A stretch of DNA of 40,000 nucleotides from an uncultured phage cr85_1. Position numbers and translations under genes: made by a program. The stretch's first letter is position 1. Each line of letters opens with the position of its first letter. Shown piece by piece: positions 34,765-40,000 of the stretch. The notes under the pieces are model-generated. The model searched no databases and was not told the DNA's origin. It saw only the letters and a program-made list of their open reading frames with translations. The stretch lies in sequence record MT774390.1; one strand, given 5' to 3'.

Positions 34765-35472
34765 ATGATTAATAATATTCAATATACTAACATCAGACAG
34801 ATACTGGATAGACTGAAAAGACATCCTCTATTGCAGAACCTTACACTTGAACAAGTGGTATCCCACCTAGTTACATTTATTGGGATATTTGGAATGCCAG
34901 AGTTATATTTAAATAAGGAGAGTGTACTGCATATAGAAGAGTTTAGGGCCATATTGCCCTGTGACCTTGTATCCATAAATCAGGTGAAGGAGTGTAAGAC
35001 TGGGATATGTTTAAGGAGCATGACAGATAATTTCATGCCTAGAGAACATCGTGATAAGTATGAAGGACATAAAAGACCACAAGAGTTTACCTTTAAGACA
35101 CAAGGCAGAGTAATATATACTTCCTTCAAGTCAGGAGATATAATAGTCTCATATAAGTCTGTTCCAATAGATGAGGATGGGTTTCCATTGCTCATAGACA
35201 ATCCTGTGTTTATGAGAACACTTGAGCTATATATTAAGATGGAAGAGTTCACTACTTTGTTTGATATGGGAAAGATTTCTCCTGCTGTATTACAGAACAC
35301 CCAACAACAATATGCTTGGTCAGCAGGACAATTACAGAGTGAATTTACTATACCATCACAATCTGAAATGGAATCAATAAGCAGAATGTGGAATACTCTT
35401 ATTCAAAGGACAAGTGAGTTTGATAATGGATTCTCTTCTCTTGGCAATAAAGAGTATATAAAATTGCAATAG
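34765..35472 (+). CDS. Tail/structural-block protein
   Basis: 235-aa ORF preceding muzzle-like gene. Confidence 0.6.
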   Translation: MINNIQYTNIRQILDRLKRHPLLQNLTLEQVVSHLVTFIGIFGMPELYLNKESVLHIEEFRAILPCDLVSINQVKECKTGICLRSMTDNFMPREHRDKYEGHKRPQEFTFKTQGRVIYTSFKSGDIIVSYKSVPIDEDGFPLLIDNPVFMRTLELYIKMEEFTTLFDMGKISPAVLQNTQQQYAWSAGQLQSEFTIPSQSEMESISRMWNTLIQRTSEFDNGFSSLGNKEYIKLQ

Positions 35473-35473
35473 T

Positions 35474-38400
35474 ATGATAAAGAAATCTACATGGCAGATA
35501 AAAGGTATGCAGAGGGACTTGTCTGTAAGCAAATTCTCTTCTGAGTATGCTTATGAGAACAAGAATATAAGGATAATGTCTACCGATGATAATACCCTAC
35601 TCAGCATAGTAAATGAGAAGGGTACTAAAGAGGTATCAAACATAGAAGGTATAGACTCTATAAAGGGATTGCCTATAGGACAAGCTACAATTAATGGTTA
35701 TCTAGTACTGTTCACTACAGACCAAGACAATGGAAAAGATTACATATATAAGATATGGTTTGACAAGGACAGCTTGCATGGAGTAATATTATATGATAGT
35801 AACAAAGGTAATCTTAACTTTAATCCTCTATATCCTATAGAGACATTGTCATTCTATGAAGATGATAACATACAGAAAGTATATTGGACTGATGGATTAA
35901 ACCAGCCCAGAGTTATCAATATTACTTCTATAGAAGATTACACACCCAATTCTTTTGACTTTGTTATGAGTTTGAATCCCGGTTCAACTGTTAACATAAC
36001 CAATATAGAAAAAGGGTATAGTGGGATATTCCCGTCAGGGGTAATACAATATTGTGTTACAGTCTATACCAAGAATGCTCAGGAGTCCAATATACTGGCT
36101 ATATCTCCTCTATATTACATAACAAAGTATGATAATGGAGGTAGTCCTGAGGATTCTTTATCTGTGAGTTTTAATGTGACAGTGTCTGTTAAAGATGTTG
36201 CATGTGAATATGTCAGATTATATTCAATACTGAGAACTACACAAGATTCAACTCCCATTGTCAAAAGAGTTCAAGATATAAAGTTATCTTCCTCTACTCA
36301 AACAATCAGTTTTACAGATACTGGTAATATTGGAGAGAGTATTGACCCTACTGAATTATTATACTTGGGAGGAGAAGACATATCTTGTGGTACAATGTGC
36401 CAAAAGGACAATACATTATTCTTAGGAAATATCAATGTTAATAGAATTGAGCCTGATAGCTCTATTAGAGAGTACTTCAGAGGATTAAATGTAAACCTCA
36501 ATACAGTTACCACAATTAATTTGGGAACACCTTCTGGATATTATCAACATGAGTTTCAGTTGAATAACAACTCTAGCACTATTAAGATATTTAAATATTT
36601 GGAGTGGTACAGATTTGGCATACAGTTTAAGCATAAGTCAGGCAAGTGGTCTTCTCCAGTATTCATAAAAGACGCTCAGATTACCAAAACACCCGGTACT
36701 AATGACTTATATGGTAGTTTTGGTGTTTCAAATCTGGTATTCTATAAGTGCATACCTGAGGTATCATTCAATGATGATACCATAATTGGTAAACTAAAGG
36801 ATTTAGGATATATTGGATTCAGACCTATAATAGTATATCCCTCTATAGGGGATAGAGAAGTAATATGCCAAGGAGTTTTATGTCCCACTGTTTATAATGT
36901 TGGTGACAGATTCAGTAATTCCCCATTTGTACAGTCTTCTTGGTTCTCAAGACCCAACATTCCCTTTGATGTGATGAGGTCAGAGTCTGGGGATGCAGGC
37001 TTGCCAGATGTGTCACCTATATTTGACGTTCCTGAAAAGGCATTATATAGTGACCAAACCTTGTCAAGATATGGTATAATAAATAATGATAAGCAGTTTT
37101 ATTCTCCTAATGAGTCGGTTAATATAAATATTTCCTTGATTGATACAGGTACTTGGGCTGAGTGTAGGCATAGTAGTCCTATACCAGGAAACACTCATAG
37201 GAATGCGGAGATACAGAATATATCCTACCCTCCTGCCACTCCACGCCTTGCAGGAGGAAACCATTTGCTGACAGATTTTAGTGAATATGTGGAGAAGCAT
37301 AAACATGAGTTTTTTGTAGACCAATCAATAGTTACTCTTCATTCCCCAGATATTGAATTTAACAGTGAAGTTGAGAATTATGATATTTCCAAGTGTAAGC
37401 TGAGGATAATAGGTGCAACTTTGGTAACCGCCAGTGTAGGGGATATTGACATTGTAACTTCTACCACAGGAACTACCATGGTTGGCGCAGATAATGAGAA
37501 GTTCCCACCAACAGGGTTTTATAAGGAGTCTTGTGGTAGTGTCAACATATCCCCTTGGGCATTCAGAAGCCAATTGGCTAATATCAACTGGATAGATAAT
37601 ATTCAAAGAGACTTTGGTGGTGTTATGCCCTCACAATATAGAAGGATGCAGGTAGGCTTTGCCACATATCCTTGGCATAGGAGTGGAGGTCTTGATGGTA
37701 CAGGCTGGGCAGATGAGAATGGATATAGACCTGCCAAGTTACAGTATAAGAGGCTATCCAATTTGAAATTCTCTGCCACTAACCTGTACCTTAGCAGTAC
37801 TAGTACATGGGATTCAGGGGAACTTGCAGATGCACAGATTTTTAATTCAAACGAGGTTACTCCACTCAAATTGAAAGCTCAGGAGCATTCTGGAAAAGGC
37901 ACTTTAGTGTACTATGGAAATGTAGATAAGATTACTTCAAATACTGAATATTCAGGTAGTGATTATTACCAGATTGTAACATCTTCCACCTATAATCAGA
38001 ATGATACCTCATATACTAACCACGACATATATGTTGGTGACTTTACACCTACCATACCTTTCACTAATAACTCAATAAATAAGGCATATGACCCTGTACA
38101 CATAAAGTACAAGTCTACCCCTCATGCTGTTATTGTACTTGAAGACAAGTACAACTTGGGTAAGTACTCATATAAGGTTTTGCCTACTATCATAGATGGT
38201 AATGATTATGGAGAGCCTACATCTAGTAGTTGGCCTGTAAACCGTGTTGCAATAACTCATGATGGTGCCCCTAACTTCTGGGATACTTTGGAAGTATACA
38301 ACTCTGTGTCTCAGGATGTTATAGGAGACTTTGTAGGTACTGGTCCTAATAAGACAGTTAAAAGTATCCAATATGGCTGGTGGTGGTTAGCAGAATTATA

Positions 38401-39835
38401 CAGAAGTGATGTCACTAATAGGTTTGGAGGAGAGTCTGATGATGCTATACAGAGTAATCAATGGTTACCATGTGGAGAAACTACCTATTTCTATGATGAT
38501 GACTCCAGCCATACTTATCTTGTAAAGTACTTGGAAGGAGACACATACTTCCAAAGATATGACCATTTAAAGACTTATCCATTTACTTTGGAAGATGAAA
38601 ACTCGGTGACTGAGATAATGTCATTTATGTGTGAGACAAGGGTAAATCTAGATGGCAGGTATGACAATAATAGAGGCAATACTTCTAATCTATATATAAC
38701 CCCTGAGAACTTTAACAAGCTAAATCAAGTATACAATCAAAAGGATAACTTCTTTACCTATAAGGTAAGTACTGATGATACTTCGGTATTGAACAAATTT
38801 CCTAATGTGGTTACTTGGACTAAGACTAAAACTGCTGGAGAACTTATTGATACTTGGACCAATATCACTCTTGCATCCACTCTTGATTTTGATGGTGATA
38901 AGGGTAGTATAACAGCTCTGAGAATGCATAATAATAATATCCTTGCTTTTCAAGATAAAGGCATTAGTCAGATATTGTATAATGAGAATGTGCAGATTTC
39001 TCCCACTAATGGAGTGCCTATTGAAATTGCCAACAGTGGAAAAGTTACTGGTAAGAGGTACTTATCTGATAGTATAGGATGTTCTAATAAGTGGTCTATA
39101 TGCAGGACACCTAATGGTACCTATTTTATAGATGATATTACCAAAGGTATCTTCCTACTCAACAACCAGTTGGATAACATCTCTGATAGGCTTGGATTCC
39201 ATTCATGGATTAACAGTAGGTCAACTGGAATAAATGTATGGAATCCTAAAGACTTTAGTGGATTTGTAACATACTATGATAAGGTAAATGGAGATGTATT
39301 CTTCATAAGCAAGGATGAGTGCTTGGCATTTTCAGAACCATTAGGCCAGTTCTCTTCATTCTACAGCTATGAGAATGTGCCATATTTCTCCAATATACTA
39401 GACAGGGGACTGTGGGTAAAGGATGGGAAGCTATGGCTGCACAATGAAGGTGATTATAATACCTTCTTTAACAGTTACCAGCCTTTCTATACTACTGTCA
39501 TATCCAATCCTGATATGACCCAGGATAAGATATTCAATACTCTTGAGTTCAGGGCAGACAGTTGGAACAGTGAAGGTAAGCTATTGGATACAACCTATGA
39601 TACTCTCAGTGTTTGGAATGAATACCAAAGTGGTGAATCCAAGCTTACCCATGTACTTGGAAGACCTTCAAGTCTCAAGAAGAAGTTCAGGATATGGAGG
39701 GCTAATATACCAAGGGATAAATCAAACAATAAAGACAGGATGAGAAATCCTTGGTTATATCTTAAGCTATCTATGGAATCTGAAAATACAAATAAGACCA
39801 TATTGCATGATATGGTGGTGCACTACTTTGAATAA
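35474..39835 (+). CDS. Tail muzzle/stabilization-like protein (1453 aa)
   Basis: MIKKSTWQIKGMQRDLSVSKFSSEYAYENKNIRIMS...; size and position match the large crAss-like tail protein. Confidence 0.75.
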   Translation: MIKKSTWQIKGMQRDLSVSKFSSEYAYENKNIRIMSTDDNTLLSIVNEKGTKEVSNIEGIDSIKGLPIGQATINGYLVLFTTDQDNGKDYIYKIWFDKDSLHGVILYDSNKGNLNFNPLYPIETLSFYEDDNIQKVYWTDGLNQPRVINITSIEDYTPNSFDFVMSLNPGSTVNITNIEKGYSGIFPSGVIQYCVTVYTKNAQESNILAISPLYYITKYDNGGSPEDSLSVSFNVTVSVKDVACEYVRLYSILRTTQDSTPIVKRVQDIKLSSSTQTISFTDTGNIGESIDPTELLYLGGEDISCGTMCQKDNTLFLGNINVNRIEPDSSIREYFRGLNVNLNTVTTINLGTPSGYYQHEFQLNNNSSTIKIFKYLEWYRFGIQFKHKSGKWSSPVFIKDAQITKTPGTNDLYGSFGVSNLVFYKCIPEVSFNDDTIIGKLKDLGYIGFRPIIVYPSIGDREVICQGVLCPTVYNVGDRFSNSPFVQSSWFSRPNIPFDVMRSESGDAGLPDVSPIFDVPEKALYSDQTLSRYGIINNDKQFYSPNESVNINISLIDTGTWAECRHSSPIPGNTHRNAEIQNISYPPATPRLAGGNHLLTDFSEYVEKHKHEFFVDQSIVTLHSPDIEFNSEVENYDISKCKLRIIGATLVTASVGDIDIVTSTTGTTMVGADNEKFPPTGFYKESCGSVNISPWAFRSQLANINWIDNIQRDFGGVMPSQYRRMQVGFATYPWHRSGGLDGTGWADENGYRPAKLQYKRLSNLKFSATNLYLSSTSTWDSGELADAQIFNSNEVTPLKLKAQEHSGKGTLVYYGNVDKITSNTEYSGSDYYQIVTSSTYNQNDTSYTNHDIYVGDFTPTIPFTNNSINKAYDPVHIKYKSTPHAVIVLEDKYNLGKYSYKVLPTIIDGNDYGEPTSSSWPVNRVAITHDGAPNFWDTLEVYNSVSQDVIGDFVGTGPNKTVKSIQYGWWWLAELYRSDVTNRFGGESDDAIQSNQWLPCGETTYFYDDDSSHTYLVKYLEGDTYFQRYDHLKTYPFTLEDENSVTEIMSFMCETRVNLDGRYDNNRGNTSNLYITPENFNKLNQVYNQKDNFFTYKVSTDDTSVLNKFPNVVTWTKTKTAGELIDTWTNITLASTLDFDGDKGSITALRMHNNNILAFQDKGISQILYNENVQISPTNGVPIEIANSGKVTGKRYLSDSIGCSNKWSICRTPNGTYFIDDITKGIFLLNNQLDNISDRLGFHSWINSRSTGINVWNPKDFSGFVTYYDKVNGDVFFISKDECLAFSEPLGQFSSFYSYENVPYFSNILDRGLWVKDGKLWLHNEGDYNTFFNSYQPFYTTVISNPDMTQDKIFNTLEFRADSWNSEGKLLDTTYDTLSVWNEYQSGESKLTHVLGRPSSLKKKFRIWRANIPRDKSNNKDRMRNPWLYLKLSMESENTNKTILHDMVVHYFE

Positions 39836-39853
39836 CTTGATAGAGATAGCCTG

Positions 39854-39895
39854 AAGGGAAGGTAAGTAATAAACTTATCTTCCCTTTACTTTTTA
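39854..39895 (+). terminator. Rho-independent-type terminator
   Basis: AAGGGAAGGTAAG (39854-39866) / CTTATCTTCCCTT (39874-39886), T-rich tail. Confidence 0.85.
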
Positions 39896-39905
39896 AATAA
39901 TATTC

Positions 39906-39937
39906 TTGTATAATTCTGATACTTTACTTATCTTTGC
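39906..39937 (+). promoter_or_regulatory. Bacteroidetes-type promoter (P8)
   Basis: TTG (39906-39908), 20 nt, TA-tc-TTTG-C (39929-39937). Confidence 0.8.
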
Positions 39938-40000
39938 AAATAAATTATTATAACATGGTTAATAGAAAAGTTATAAGGAAACACAATAGTCCTGTTACTA

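Noticed and set aside
429-39801. All minus-strand ORFs in the six-frame track
   Set aside because: They lie opposite longer plus-strand ORFs, have low-complexity or non-protein-like sequence, and lack promoters or gene-like spacing; treated as shadow ORFs.
1-40000. Alternative genetic code (TAG or TGA recoding, known in some crAss-like phages)
   Set aside because: TAG, TGA and TAA all terminate well-formed genes (e.g. TAG at 14189 and 18307, TGA after portal) and no suppressor tRNA was recognised.
1-40000. CRISPR array, rRNA genes, integrase or restriction-modification system
   Set aside because: No regularly spaced direct repeats, rRNA-like sequence or corresponding proteins recognised in the window.

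Overview
The window is a 40 kb, essentially all-plus-strand segment of a crAss-like (Crassvirales-type) Bacteroidetes podovirus. It contains a dense tRNA array (24 tRNA-like genes, ~1.73-4.80 kb) and a run of small conserved genes. These are followed by the terminase large subunit, a free-standing GIY-YIG homing endonuclease, the portal, a fiber cluster with an S74-type chaperone, and a lysis-like cassette. Next come a fiber/receptor-binding gene with a DGR-type variable region, a truncated reverse transcriptase remnant, scaffold-like and major capsid proteins, tandem connector/ring-like proteins, and a 1453-aa muzzle/stabilization-like protein. Main points for follow-up: (1) An adenine-depleted DGR variable region sits next to a reverse transcriptase that has lost its N-terminal motifs and has a broken C-terminus, with no template repeat recognised by eye. 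(2) Seven Bacteroidetes-type promoters have an identical TTG-N20-TANNTTTGC layout (plus one N21), several coupled to terminators, palindromes or structured leaders. (3) Two intervals (~128-340 and ~4385-4575) look like undescribed structured RNAs. (4) Several tRNAs have unusual anticodon or T-arm features. (5) Two small genes appear broken by frame changes. (6) Several ORF-track starts appear to be placed over regulatory elements. All calls come from reading the sequence and family knowledge; no searches or folding programs were run.
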